A DNA stretch of 64,000 nucleotides. Origin: Azolla caroliniana. Lineage: Eukaryota > Plantae > Polypodiophyta. Positions 22,800 through 36,250 of this stretch are shown here, in pieces. The stretch is from positions 18,228,001 through 18,292,000 of the forward strand of contig JBHGNT010000017.1 in the NCBI GenBank assembly GCA_043228905.1, read 5' to 3'. A program made the translations under genes and the position numbers. Every line of letters begins with the position of its first letter. The stretch's first letter is position 1. The notes below the pieces were generated by a model, which saw only the letters and a list, made by a program, of their open reading frames with translations, had not been told where the DNA came from and searched no databases.

Positions 22800-23421
22800 T
22801 TCCACTCATTGTTGCCTCTCGCTCGGATATCTCTGCCAAGTCTTCTCTTGTCAATCAGCATCTCTAGGTTGGATAACTCCAACTCATATTCATCAATAGA
22901 CTTTAGTAGGTCTGCCAACTCTGACTCATAGTCAGTCGGTCTCTCCGAGTCGACCGACTCGGATTCGGCTCTGTCAACCAGATGTCTCCTTACAGCTGTC
23001 AGTGACGACTCGCTTGGCCTTAAGTCGACGGTAGTCGAGGTTGACTAGGGAGTCGATTCCGACTTCTGTTGCTTCCAGTCTTCAATCGTCTTATCTTCAA
23101 GAAAGACTACATCCCGACTTCTCACTACCTTTTTATCGACTAGGTTCCATAGCCTGTAGTCAAACTCATCCTTCGAGTATCCCATGAATATGTATGCTCT
23201 TGACTTACTTTCAAGCTTTGACCTCTGATCCTTCGGTACATGCATATACGCCAAACATCCAAACACCCTCAGATGCTGGTAGGAGACATCCTTCTCCGTC
23301 CACACTCTTTGTGGGACATCACCCTTTAATGGTACTGAGGGAGACCTGTTGATCAAATATACAACTATGTACATCGCCTCAGCCCAAATAGGATTTCAGT
23401 AGTTTTGCATGAAAGAGCATG

Positions 23422-23785
23422 TGTAGAAAGTAGCGTGCGGAAGAAAGTATTAAGACCGAACAGAAGAGAGGAAACTCAGGTTTAATGGAGAGCTTGAGCT
23501 TACACGGTATACGCAGGAGAGATAGAGAGAGAGAAACACAAAAAACTATATTCAACAATAATACTCGATCTGTACATAAGACGTGCTTCAGTGAACACTT
23601 TTATACAAGTCCTAGAAGGACTGACCGAAGTACTGACAGTACTTCAATGCTCATTAAGAGGTCCTACACTAACTCCCAAATATATTCCTCACGGAATATC
23701 TTTCCTAACGGCCTCCTGGTTTACGCACTCGGCCTAACCGATCGGTCCCAACCGATCCGGAACCGCGTAGAATGGCTTCACCCCC
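23422..23785. mobile_element. LTR fragment related to the intronic solo LTR at 37966
   Basis: Begins TGTAGAAAG..GTGCGGAAG; shares AAGTACTGAC..GTACTT.AATGCTCA and CCTAACGGCCT with 37966-38328; right end not identifiable. Confidence 0.6.
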
Positions 23786-24531
23786 TTCCCAAGGGGATTA
23801 CATTAGAGAGAGCTAAGTAAGGAGAGTGAGAATACAAGATACACCAAAAATGAGGGCAAAAAAGCTATATCTCATACATACCCCCATAAGGGATTTATAG
23901 AATACATAATGTAACGGCTAATAATAACCGTTAAAAAAAGAGACGATCGTTACACTCTTGTCACATGCACATAATTGTGCATGTGTTCACGCATACTCAT
24001 CCTCACACACTCAACGTATACATATTACATATTACACACCACACCCTACACATTACACCCTATTTATCCCGTACACCTATACGGATAACATGGTTACTTA
24101 TTGATAAGGGGAAAAAACCATTGGATAGAACTAGTAATGATCTTGTTGTTGAAAAGGATAGGTATCAGGTTAAGGGCAAGTCGAAGAACAAATCAATGAA
24201 TATGTGACGTAATAGTTTGCCCACTACTCGAGAGACTACTTGGAAAAGTAATTTAGGAACTAGGGAGGGTCCTCGAAAAGTTCCTTGGAAAAGACAATTT
24301 AGGGATAAAGGATTACCCCTTCACCTTCACATTGATTCATTGGGACGGGTTGTAAATTCATCGAATTCTTGAGGTTTTCGTCAAGCGGGGGAACTTAAAC
24401 AAAAGAGTTCAATAGACAAGTCTAAGGATGTGGTGGATGAAAATCCATATGCAGCATTAGAACATGCTTTGACTAGTTTCATGACATTGGTTGCTCTAAA
24501 GGAGCAAGTGCACCATAACATTGTTGATTGA

Positions 24532-25792
24532 ATGAAAGTGGTAACATGGAATATGAAAGGGACCTGTTCTCCTCATAAGAAGTATATATTATGGCAAACT
24601 TTGTTAAGTAAAGAATGGGATATCTTATGTGAAGTTGAGCATAAGTGTCATGAGTTAGCAAGATCCACAATTCATTTGCATGGATATTCATCATTCTATG
24701 CAAGACATCTTAATAATCATTATTCAGGTGTCGCATTAATCGTGCGGCATAAGTATTTTCCTCAAGTGGTGCATAATGATCCTTATTGTCGGTTTTTGGT
24801 TCTAGAAATCGCTTTTTTTGGCGAGGTTGTGTGGGTGGTTGGGATTTATGCCCCTAACCAAGCCACTCAACGTATTGCATTATGGGGCTCACTCCATCAA
24901 ACCCTATGTGTGGGCCATCGAGGATTTTACTTATGGGTGATTTTAACATGTGTATTGATGCATCTCAATCTACGTCATGGCACAATGATTCTTTTTAACC
25001 GACATCACTTCGTATGGCAGTTTTACAAGATGTAGGAACTTCAGATCAATTTCCTATTTGTTTGGAGATTTGTGGTCATGCAATTGACATGTATAAATCT
25101 TTACTTGGAAAGCCTCCATTATGCTTTAACTCTTCTCTTTTGCTTCAACTCACTTTGATTCTCTCATGGAGCAAATTTTGGTAAATTTTGCACCTTTGGA
25201 TAAGGTCCTTTTGGATATCCAAAGTCAATCACATGTTATTATTTCTCAGTTGCAATGCCAAAGTTATCGTTATGCGAAGATGCGACAATTGAGGGATGGG
25301 ATCATAGATAATCAATGTCAATCCCATTTGTTTTTCCAAGTGTTACATCCTACTTATACTCAATCTAATGTGGTACATGTGAAGCAAGGGGATGAATGGA
25401 TAATGGATCCTACTAAAATAATTGACATATGTGTTCATTACTTTAAGGAGTTTATTGGCCCACAATTGTTAATGACAAATGAGGTGAGTAGAGCACATCA
25501 TGAGTTTTATGATCTGGTTGGATGTATTGTGCATGACATCATTAGTCATGATTTGGATGAGGATTTCACTGAGGAGGAGGTGGGCATAGTTTTAAGACAT
25601 TTTTCTAGTGGTAAGAGCCCTCTTGGGATGGTTTGACAAATGAAGTTTTTAAGCTATATTCGAACATTTTAAAGGGGCCCTTAACTTTGATGTTTCAACA
25701 TTCTTGGGATTCTGGTCGTATGCCTCAAGCTTGGAAGGTTGGTCTAATTAAATTAGTTCCAAAGGTGGCATCTCTAGAGTCATTTCATCAAT
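24532..25792 (+). mobile_element. LINE ORF2 relic (APE endonuclease and pre-RT region)
   Basis: MKVVTWNMKG, SGVALIV, VVGIYAPN, GDFN (after frameshift), FTEEEV..GKSP, GLIKLVPK; frameshifts and deletions. Confidence 0.85.
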
Positions 25793-27570
25793 GTAGTACT
25801 AAGAGCTAAACTCGAGTGCATATATTTATTACTTATCTCTAGGATACCGACACAATGCCAATGGCGTTTATAAAAAAGGAAGAAGGGGATAAGAATGAAT
25901 TGTTGGACTATGATAGCGACAATGTGCATGAAGGGGGGCGACGAGAGGTTTCACAAATTTATAGGGTTAATGATGACACTTTTCTTCAAGAAGTGCAAGA
26001 TTGTAGAGGAACAAATGTCGTATTGTAAGATCCCTTCAATCTGTAGATAGAGGGGAAGGGCCATATTGTTTTACATAACCTGAGCAACTCATGGGGCTTA
26101 CATGATGCTATAAGTTCTTGCAATGCTAGATGGCAATCTCAACAAACAAACAAAATTCTTAAAATCTTTTAAAACATTCAATTTGCGATAACTACGTACC
26201 CTACTTCAAACACAATTTTGACATATGCAATTTGCTTTAATGGCATATTTGCTTATCTTGGATTTATTTTTTACCACATGTGGAAAACATGATGCATTCA
26301 AGTTTCCAACTAACTTCGTTGACTTACTTTGCCAACTTTACCCACACAATACAAACGATTGCATACTATATAATGATCCCCAAGACTGTTAATTGGAATT
26401 GTGATCCCATAGTTAAAACATCTTAGCCATGCGCAACATTCCCTCTATTCAAATTTTGAAACATGTGGAAAAGATTTAATTTGCATTAGCCAAAGTAAAA
26501 CTGTGTGATTCAAAAGTTGAATGGAGGACATTGTACCAGACTACATTTTCCATGGACAAGATGACCCACAAGAATGTAGATGATGTGCAAACATGCTTAG
26601 CCAACTAGCCTCAAAGTCCGATCATCATCCCAATCAATCAATTAATCGTTTACACATAACTAATTATCATAAGCTGGTTATGACATGCTTAATGAATTGG
26701 TTAATTCACAAACCTAAGTATAAATGATGAATTGGTTAATTTCGAACTATAAACCATTGACAAATACACATGTTGCTATTTCAATTCATATTTTTGCTGA
26801 TTCTAAATAGTTCATGACAGTGAATAGAACAATATATAATCCATTACAAGAATTGAAGCTGATTAATCACATTGAATAGAATAAGTACATCAATTATGAA
26901 CTAGATGCTACTTACAATTGCCAATCACTTTTTTTTAATGCAGAAGTTTTAGATAAGTTTAGTCACAACAAAGTCATACTCTGTTTTCAGTTAATTTATG
27001 ATCTCAGAGCATGTCAGCATGATAAGCTCTGGCATTCGGGCAATTTTGTAAGCATCTATGGTTTTCTTTATAACTTAAAAAACAAAAGCCTGCTAGTAAG
27101 GACTGGGACACAAAAAAAAGCAGCCTAGGCTGATAACGACAAGTTACTCAATGGAATGCACTCACTGAATTGTCCTTTTTTTCACTTGAATCCCAGATGG
27201 TATTTCCTCCATTCATTTCTCACTTTACACAAAAGAAAGAAGATAAAACAGAGTATAGAGATAGGTTCTTTCGGTTCAAGAGAGAAGAAGATAACAACTG
27301 ATAGGAGGTCCTTAAAAGAGATTAGACATGTCAGTTAAAGAGATTAGACAACACTTCTACAAAACAAAAAAAAAGGCTAGGTTCAAAAATCTTTAGCAGA
27401 AAAGAGGGGATGAAGGTTAGTTCCCCGTTTGATTAATGGATCGGATTTTGCGTCGAAAGAGTTCAAAAAAGAAGAGAAAATACAATGAGGCATCCGTTGA
27501 TGGCCCAGAATACGAATATCCGATTCTCACAGACCCAAAATTTCCCCCAAACCCATTTTCTGTTTCTTTT

Positions 27571-29846
27571 CTATCTTGCAAGACTTTTTACAAGCCTTGG
27601 GCTCTGATTCAATGGAACACTCTGGACAGGTATCGGGATCAACAAACGAGGCTTCGAGAATATACTCTGGCTGGTCACAACACTGCTCTGGCCAGCAATG
27701 CTCACCGCTTTCATGCCGACATTGGCTTGATGTACATTTAGCTCATGTCTCACTGCACTAGCCAACTCAAGCACTTCTTCATCTTCATGGCCTGTTTTAT
27801 TACCAAGTAGAGTCCTTTCAGATTATTTCACCAATAACTTTGATTCCAAAGTTTCTAAACATTTTTTTTGGGTGTGGGTGTCAAATGGTTTGATTACAAA
27901 TACTTGAATCTCCATATAAAAACTCCAACATATAGTAACATATAAAATTCAACATATATAGTAATCATTACCTATCTCTCTTAATGCTTCCACGAGGCGG
28001 AAAAGATACTCGCAATTAGTCCCACAAGGTCCAGTTGCAGTTGCTATCTGTCTGGAATTATTAAAGAAAACAAAGTAAATTATATGTTCGTTGTCCATTG
28101 TTCAATGAGAGCAACACGTCTAATTGGCCACATTTTAAGAGCAGTTAAAAAAATGCAGGATCATACTTTAGCAAAATTCCAGATGTCAAAAAAATATTTT
28201 GATGAGAATTAAGCCAAGTATATAACAAATCTAAACTCACTTTGCTATCTCTTCCTTTGACGCTGGGCCAAGGTAGTATATGCTTGCAGGAGTAGATGTG
28301 AACCTGTGTGGTCAAAAAACAAAAGAAATGTGTGAGATCAAAGGATGAATGGAATACAATCATAAAAACAAGCACATTATAAATACATTTTCACTTACAC
28401 TTGAACATTGCAAACAACAGCAATGTCGGGAGAATCTTCCTGAAAATTTTCATAGCGGACATTTATCAGCAAACTATTTTACATATTTTCACCCAAGCTC
28501 TGAATCCTCACAAATAAGCTCACCGTAAAAAACTCTACACAATCGATTGTGTCATACTCAGATTCCCTTTTGCGCAGATACTGCTCAAAAATCATAAGAT
28601 TCAAGTTAGATCACAGAGAACACCAGATCAATACATATTGCCCATCTTAATGACCATTCGTAGAAATAAACAGCACTTACCGACATGGCCTTTGCTTCAC
28701 ATCCTTTAATTCGTAAGGCCACACCCCACTGCAATAGCAAACAGGGCATCATTTAATTGGGTAGGTAAAAAAACACTTATCACTCAATGGTGAAGAATTA
28801 AAAGGCAGCAATTATACAGACAGTGATCCAGAAATGGAGGCTAACTCAGTAATAAATGAGAGATGAGAGAACACAATGATACATACGCATACGCTATCCT
28901 CGTCTTCTTCCAACGTAGCAACTCGAGCAGGATAATCCCACGTCCCTCTATGCTCAAAGCAAGCTACAGAAGGAATACAACATCAAGATAATGCATCACA
29001 ATTATAGTATCATATAATCGAATAGGCACAATCAGCAAAAGGTTTGGCAGATCTCGAATTCTCATTGTGCTTTGACAACCTTCTATGACTCAAATCCAGT
29101 ATGATGAATTACCATGGAACAGGGTTTACACGAGAAATGCATGTTGGAGGTGTTTCATCACCTCGAATCTCAGAAACTATCATCAACCCAAATATCACAA
29201 GACAGGCTACAAGAACCTTCAAACCAGATTTATGGATGATACAATAACCTGAAACTAGATTCATGAATGCTACTATAGCCTGAAACTAGATTCATGAATG
29301 CTACTATAGCCTTTCATCATAACTAGCCTAATGTAGGCATAATTTCGTTCATCATCCATATTCACATGGCACTAAACCTATTCTTATCAATGCTACCATT
29401 CCATTTACCAGCATATAAATAACCAGGCGAGTGGTTACTGCTTCCATACAAATAACCATTTTCCATCGAATAATGGCCATCCTCCTCCATGGAACATCCT
29501 ACTTTACTATCAGATCAAGGAACTGGAGAAAGTCAAGGTAGGGTTCAAGGCTATAACCCAAATCGCCCGAATTATGTACATAAGGCACAACAATTGTAGC
29601 ATAAAGCCAAAATCCCAATAATACAGATGATCTTTATAAATGTACATGGCACATACGAAAACATATATGTATATGACACGTATACATATATTTAAAGAGG
29701 TACATTGTAGGCATACCTAGATGAAAAGCCCTCCGACGACCTTTGATGAAGCCCACAATTTTGCGATCATATTCAAATCCAGCTTTCCATATCAAGGAGT
29801 GGTACCCAAAGATCCAGGTTTCTTTTTCTTGCTGTTTCTGCTCCAT
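27571..29846 (-). CDS. GGCT2: ChaC-family gamma-glutamylcyclotransferase (GGCT2-like), 8 coding exons
   Basis: GT-AG exons give [14 protein letters not shown]..., [74 protein letters not shown]; ATG 29846, stop 27571. Confidence 0.9.
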
Positions 29847-32800
29847 GTTCAAATGTGCACCGAATAAAGATGGTTAACAAAATACAAGATCTCTCCCTGC
29901 CCCCAGAGAACGGATCCCCAATGGCAAAGAGATCGGAGAGAAAAAAGGGAGGGAGAAAAGTCTTCAGAATTGCAGGGTTAGAGAACAGAAAAGCTGCCAA
30001 ATTTGCAGAGAAAGGGGTTTAAAACAGCAGAAAAACAGCGACAGCTGGTTTCTAGTTAGCAGAAAAAAGGAAAAATCTGAGGGAATTCCGATCGGCAGAG
30101 CAGGGGAAAGAAAACAAAATCAAAGGAATCGAAAATAGAAATTTAAAATTAAAAAAAAACGTTTGAATCTGCAGGGAGAGGAAAGGAGGAGGGGAAAATC
30201 TGTAAAGATCTGCAAGGCGAAGGTGGATAATAGAGATTTGGGCGAGGGACCGAGAGGAACAGAGTAGGGTCCCTCTCTCTGCCCAAAAACCCTAAAATTC
30301 ACGCTTCGCCCCGACAACAGAGGAAGGAAAAACAGAGAGCAGAAGATGAAGAGGAAGATAGAAAGAAAGCGTTTTGTTTTGTTTGCTTTTTTCACCGCAT
30401 TTGCGAATGGTATATAAATGTAATGTAATGTGCACAGATTCATGCATGGGCACCATGAATCTGTTTTTGTGACCAGATACATTGAACCTCCCCTGTTCCT
30501 CAATCCTCCCACACCCTTTCAACCCTTATCATGATAATCTCATTCATTCATATATTCATATTCATTCATTCATTCATTCATTCATTATCTTTTTGCCCTG
30601 TTTTTTGGCAATTTGAGAGGAGTTTCATAAACACCATCACCACCCATGCGAAGAAGAAGCTCTTCCTCCGGATCTCCCCACGGAAAAATCCCGTGACCAC
30701 GTTCTTTGCGTGACCCATCGCCCAAAAAACCCGAATTGGATAATACAGATAAATAAAAAAAAGATCTCTTCAGGCTCCCTTCTTGTCTGACAATCGGCTC
30801 TCTCCGTGCTCTCGATTGTCTCTCGCGGTGCTCCGAAATCCCATCGTTTCCCATTCATGCCCTGCCCTCCAATGACAATGCGCCGATCTTTCAAGGAGAA
30901 GCCAAACAGAAAAAAAGAAAACTATTAAAAATCCATGTGTCAGCTAACTACTACCATCAGATGTGACCAGGTTCATTGAAGCCTTTTTATTTATTGTCAA
31001 TCAAATTTGGTGAGTAACTCAAAGAAAGAAATGTTACCATGCATCGATTATATTATTGTGCATAATTTTACCTTTCTTTGATTTATGGTCTTCACCCGTT
31101 CTTGTTATGTGCCACCTCTGACTGAATCGGCTCCCAACCCAAGAAAATGTTGTGAAAACAACTACCTAGGCAATACTAAAGAATGCACTGGATAAGTCAC
31201 GAGATGAGCATGAAGTAAGAGAGAAGTTACACATGCATTAGAATCTGGAGCCAATGCCCACAAAACCATGATAGAGAGCAATTCTCTACTCTTGCTTCTC
31301 ATAATCGAAGTCCCCAAATTGAAGAGTGGTGTGTGCTTCACTATATAGTGTTTTTTGGGGGAAGGAGGGGTCCAAGAGAATCTGGGGCTTTTTGGAGGTC
31401 CACTCGTCTCATGAAATTTTGCACGTGGGGCTTCAATCATAATCGGGAGCTTATCGTCACACTGTTGTTTTATTTTCCTAGCCCATTTGTGCTATGTGTA
31501 AAAGAAAACATATTTTAGGCATAGCAATGACGGCTTTTAGGTGGCCTACTGTAGGAGACTTAGGTTCATGTTCACTCTTTATATCGTGGAAGAATATATC
31601 AATGTTCAAGTTGTATAGACATTATTTTAGTAACAAATGAATAATGCTCATGCACCCAAACTTAAAAGGTGTAGATTTTTTACGACTAATGGGCGTGAAC
31701 TCCAATCTCCTTTTGAACATTTCCGAATATATTTTACTCTCTGAACATGTGCTATCTATGAGCTCTAAGAATAACTCATATGGGCCACATGAATCAACTA
31801 TGTATTTGACTAGGAAGGAAGTGGTTTCTCCCTTCTCTTTACGCATACTCTTAAGGGTGGAACCTTGACATAGGTTTTGCAATTCATTGCAAAGGAAAAC
31901 ATTTGAGATGAACTTTGAGAAACAAATTTGTAGCTGTTTTAGCCATTCACATGGGAATGAATTAACAGTTTAGAATCATTTAAAAGTAGGTAAGAAGTTA
32001 CAATTTAAAAACTAAAGGGTCTGTATGTGCTCTTGTTATGTACGTCACTCTAACATGGGCAATAATACAATGCAACATGTTGATAAATTGATTAATGTAT
32101 ACATCTTCTACATATTCACATGTAGCGATCTTCTGCATTATCCACTGTGCAAATTAATATTACCATATTAATGCTAAGTAATGTACCTCCAATTTAATAT
32201 ATATGTTTTGTGTAAGTTGATCTTACAATGCCTTCAATATTTCACCTTGACAATAAGTTTTTTCATTTTTGTTTGGTGTTTGCTTTTTAAGATACATACA
32301 TTGCTTTTATAGAAAACAAGAGTGCGTACTAATGTAGCTAGTTTAGACAAAAAAAACCAAACATACTGTACATATTGTCTAGTTTCATTCATTATCATAT
32401 CCTTTCACAATATCAGCATATTGGTGTTTATTTCATCGATCTTTTTGGGGTTTGTTTGAAAATCCCATCACATTAGGTGAACCATTATATATGTACACAG
32501 CAATCATTTACAGTGATTAATCGATATAAGGCCAATAATTAACTTATCATTCTGAAGAGAGGCGAACCCTAATTATAACAGGCACCCATGCTAGCTACAT
32601 TCAACAATTAAAACCTGTAATTATTAAGAAATTTCACCCTCCTCACATACCCATCCAGACATGTCACAAGGAAATTCCGAAGTTCCTCATCATGAAATTT
32701 ATTCTTATAAGAAACTGATAATAATAAACTCCTCCATTTTGCATCACAGGCATTCCAACGTCCTTATAATACAAGCCCGGGATGTTAGAAGGTTAGTTTT

Positions 32801-32854
32801 AGAATACAGGAGAATGATTGTGTGTGAATGAAGTATCCCCATTGATGTCCCTAT

Positions 32855-34759
32855 TCATCTGACCAAGAAATAGACAAGAAGAAACACGCCGACAAAGATA
32901 GCAATCATCATCAACAAGCTTTTTCCTGATTTTGCTTCGAACACCTGTCAAATTACCAAATATCCAAGTGGAGCATAATGCTATCTTGGGCTTATAGTAA
33001 TGTCTTCAAACATCAAACCAGTGACAGCAAAACAACAGCATAACATAACAAGAAACATTCAACTAGTCATAGATACAAGCAAAGTCGATAAACACGCGTG
33101 ATACTCCAGCCCTTTGGATTCAAAGAAAACTTTAGATATTGTTCTAAAAGCAAAAACATAAAAGAGTAAAGATATTGTGATATGAGGGAGGGATAACGTA
33201 TGCGTGTTTTTTATTTGTATATGTCTTTTATTTTTTATGGCGGATACCCATCTTTTATTGAATAGATTGTCATGAGCTATCCTTGAACAATTACGAAAGA
33301 AGGGATTCAAAGAGTTAATGCATGCTGATAATATGCTTTGGAAGTATGAAAAGAGAGCCCAAGCATAGTTCCTTTAGCAAGAAAATTAGATATGAAAATA
33401 TACAACAGCTCATTCCTATGCATCCCACAGTGTTGACAAACTTATAGCCAGAAACAAAGTAGGGACACCAAAATTATACATTCTTTACTTGAAAAACTCA
33501 AAAAGATGCATCGACTTGTGTGTATGAAAACCATTGAAAAGAGAAGAAAAACCACAGTTGTAAACAGAACAAGATGCAAAAATAATTGTACACAATTAAT
33601 TGCTTGAAACTCAAAAAAAAACAATTTGTATTTTTTTTGTGTGTGTGAACACCTCCACATTATTATTGATTTTCAGGACTCGTGTGTATTTGAGATAACA
33701 TTAACGGCAGTGCTTACTTTCTTAAATCTCTCTGTTGTTGTTGAGAGAAGACCCCTCGATGTATCCATCTGATTTCCCTATTAATACATAAAGCAAAATC
33801 ATATCAGGAAACTGAGAAAAAAAATATTACAAACCATTTGTTTGCTAGACTACAACCATACCATAGAGTCCAGGAGTCGATTCTGAGAATTCACTTCTTC
33901 ATTTATATCAGTCGTCAACTGAAAATGAAGTAGAAAGCCACATTATTCCTATGGTAATCGTCTTTTCCATTATTCATATATCGAAAGGAATAATCATCCA
34001 AAGAGTAAAAGACATAATCATCCACATGATATAAGGAACAATCTTTCACATTATTCAAATGACAGAATGCATGACCTTTCCCAAAGGCATGATTGTTCAG
34101 ATAATCATTCACATTAACCACAAAATGAGGGTGTTCTTTCACATTAATCAAGTAATGAAATGGAGATCTTTCACCTTTATCATTGCATTATGAAGGGATG
34201 AACTTTTGCATTAATCACATTGTGAAGGCAAGTTCATTCACATAATTCATATGATTAGAAGGCATGATCTCAAATTACGAATATGTGATCTTTTATATAG
34301 CTCATATCATATAGTTCACACCATCAAACGCATGATCGATCTGATCATCAAATGCATGACCTTTTATATAACTCACACAAGAAGACCATGATCTTCACAA
34401 CATTCACACAACAAAGGCAAGATCTTTCTGAGAACAGAGACAAAAACTAGAATCGCAAGGATGGAATCTTACTTTCTTGAGAATGCCCACTTTATCTTTC
34501 AATCCATCAAGTGATCTATCGTTATCTTGCTCAGAGATCTCTAAACTCGAATGCGCAGAATAAGAGGATGATGCACGATTCACACCTTCTTCAAGACCTT
34601 CAAAGAGTGAAGATCTGACACCGCGATAATCTCTGAAAACGCCCACCAAAAAATCTCTTTTCTCCTTTCTTTCCAAAGATTTCTCGATTTCAGGTATTCA
34701 AGGGAAGATCGAATCGGGAAAGGAAGGAGAAGGGCATGAACTTACCTCCGCGCGTTCAT
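32855..34759 (-). CDS. BET1: Bet1-like Qc-SNARE (BS14/BET1), 5 exons
   Basis: MNARRDYRGVRSSLFEGLEEG...NDRSLDGLKDKVGILKKLTTDINEEVNSQNRLLDSMGNQMDTSRGLLS...C-terminal transmembrane helix. Confidence 0.93.
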
Positions 34760-35044
34760 TTGTTCTGATGAAGAGATGCAGGATCAAAGTTTCATGAAAA
34801 GCCAAAGCTGCTGCCGCTGCTACTCTTCCTTCTCCTTCTTCTTCTTCTTCTTCTGTATATGTCTAGACTCTAGAGTTTAAAGAGAGAATTCTTCTTTATT
34901 TCACTAAATGCCCCTGAGTTTTCTCTATTTCCTCGGACTTACCCTTGGGAGGACATATTCAATGGAAGGACTTTCAATGAAATATGTGGGGAATTAAAGA
35001 TCAAAATCGAGGAAGTCTCGAGACCACGACAAGTGAAGCTTACC

Positions 35045-35103
35045 TATGTATGTATGTATGTATGTATGTATGTATGTATGTATGTATGTATGTATATGTA
35101 TGC
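35045..35103. repeat. (TATG)n microsatellite
   Basis: Seen directly. Confidence 0.95.
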
Positions 35104-36250
35104 ATATATTGTATGTATATTTCCGGAATGTTTTGAAAAGTGAAGGTAAGCTTCACTTGAGCTAACCTCATTAAGACCAGAGAGATGACTAATGGGAAAT
35201 TTCCATACAATGAGCGACTTTTAAGACAATCTCCCGAAGAAAATGCGGCTTTTTGGTAAGGCTCCAATAACAAAAGGATGGTCAATAACATGTAAAAGAG
35301 AAGCGTCTTTCAAATGCCTCATTTTCTCGAATTGCACAAAAGTAGTTTCTAAATCCAATGCAAGACGTATGTCTTAACCTCCTCCCATGTGGTCACAAAA
35401 GGCCATCCTTGACTCACTCATCTTTATCATTCTTTTTCCTCTTGGGTTTAATCGATTATCTATATAGAACAAGCCTTGTTTCTCCTTTGGTGTAAGTACT
35501 TAGGTCCTATGGGTCAATATTGGCCTCTCTATGGACGCTAAAACATATCTATCTCTCTCTCTATACAATGGCATGTTGGCTTAAATTAAGCTACATACCA
35601 TTATTATAGGGTTGTAGATCAGAATACATTATTTGAACAATTAAGAAATGCCTGATGTAAGAGATTATTACGAGGAAGACAAGTATCTATGCAAATAACA
35701 CAACTTATTTTCACATTTCCACACTTGAAGCAGGTTTGTATAAGTTTCTTCACATTGACCGTGATGGGAGTTCATGATCAACTCAGTAAATAATGTTTTC
35801 TTTTGACCAGGTTGTATGTAGATAATGGGAACAAAAATATGTTCAATTTATACTTCAGGGATCATGATTTTCACTACCGAATTTGAAGGTTTTGAGTTGT
35901 AAAAGATGGCATCCACATTGATTTGGGATGAATCCCTACACTTGTAATTTTTCCTATTTACTCATATAATCATATCATTAAGCCATGAAACTTTCATCAT
36001 TGTGCCGCAGCCAAATATAGAGATGTTATCCAACAAGCAACTTATTTGTGATTTGTCAGCTTGTAATAACATACAATAATCTCAAATATGATTTCACCCA
36101 CACACCATGAAAGGGCACAAGTAAATGATTTTGATCACATCTCTATCTCAGGTTAGAGTAAAAAAAAAGGCTTGCATAAATTATAATGCCAAATGCTCAA
36201 CGAAAAATCTTCAAGAGAGCCCCATTTGTATGTTGGTCTTAAATCCTCTT

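Larger units (their letters stand above)
6179..23421 (-). mobile_element. Copia-A: degraded Ty1/copia (Tork/Tnt1-like) host element, fragmented by nested insertions
   Basis: 3' LTR remnant 6179-6508 (TTAACGTGGAAACCC..GGGAGAAAACCAC motif shared with Copia-C LTR); PPT ~7101-7116; RNase H end IHTDYNGSDMLTK ~7115-7221; RT 16313-17496 (LLLYVDD, LDVKTAFLHG); integrase 22800-23421. Confidence 0.75.

Noticed and set aside
1-25792. LINE fragments at 1-1703 and 24532-25792 as one split element
   Set aside because: Domain order is wrong (RT lies upstream of the endonuclease on the same strand), so they are separate copies
33059-33140. Alternative BET1 terminal exon (VFFESKG...)
   Set aside because: Only superficial similarity; no convincing in-phase acceptor or transmembrane helix
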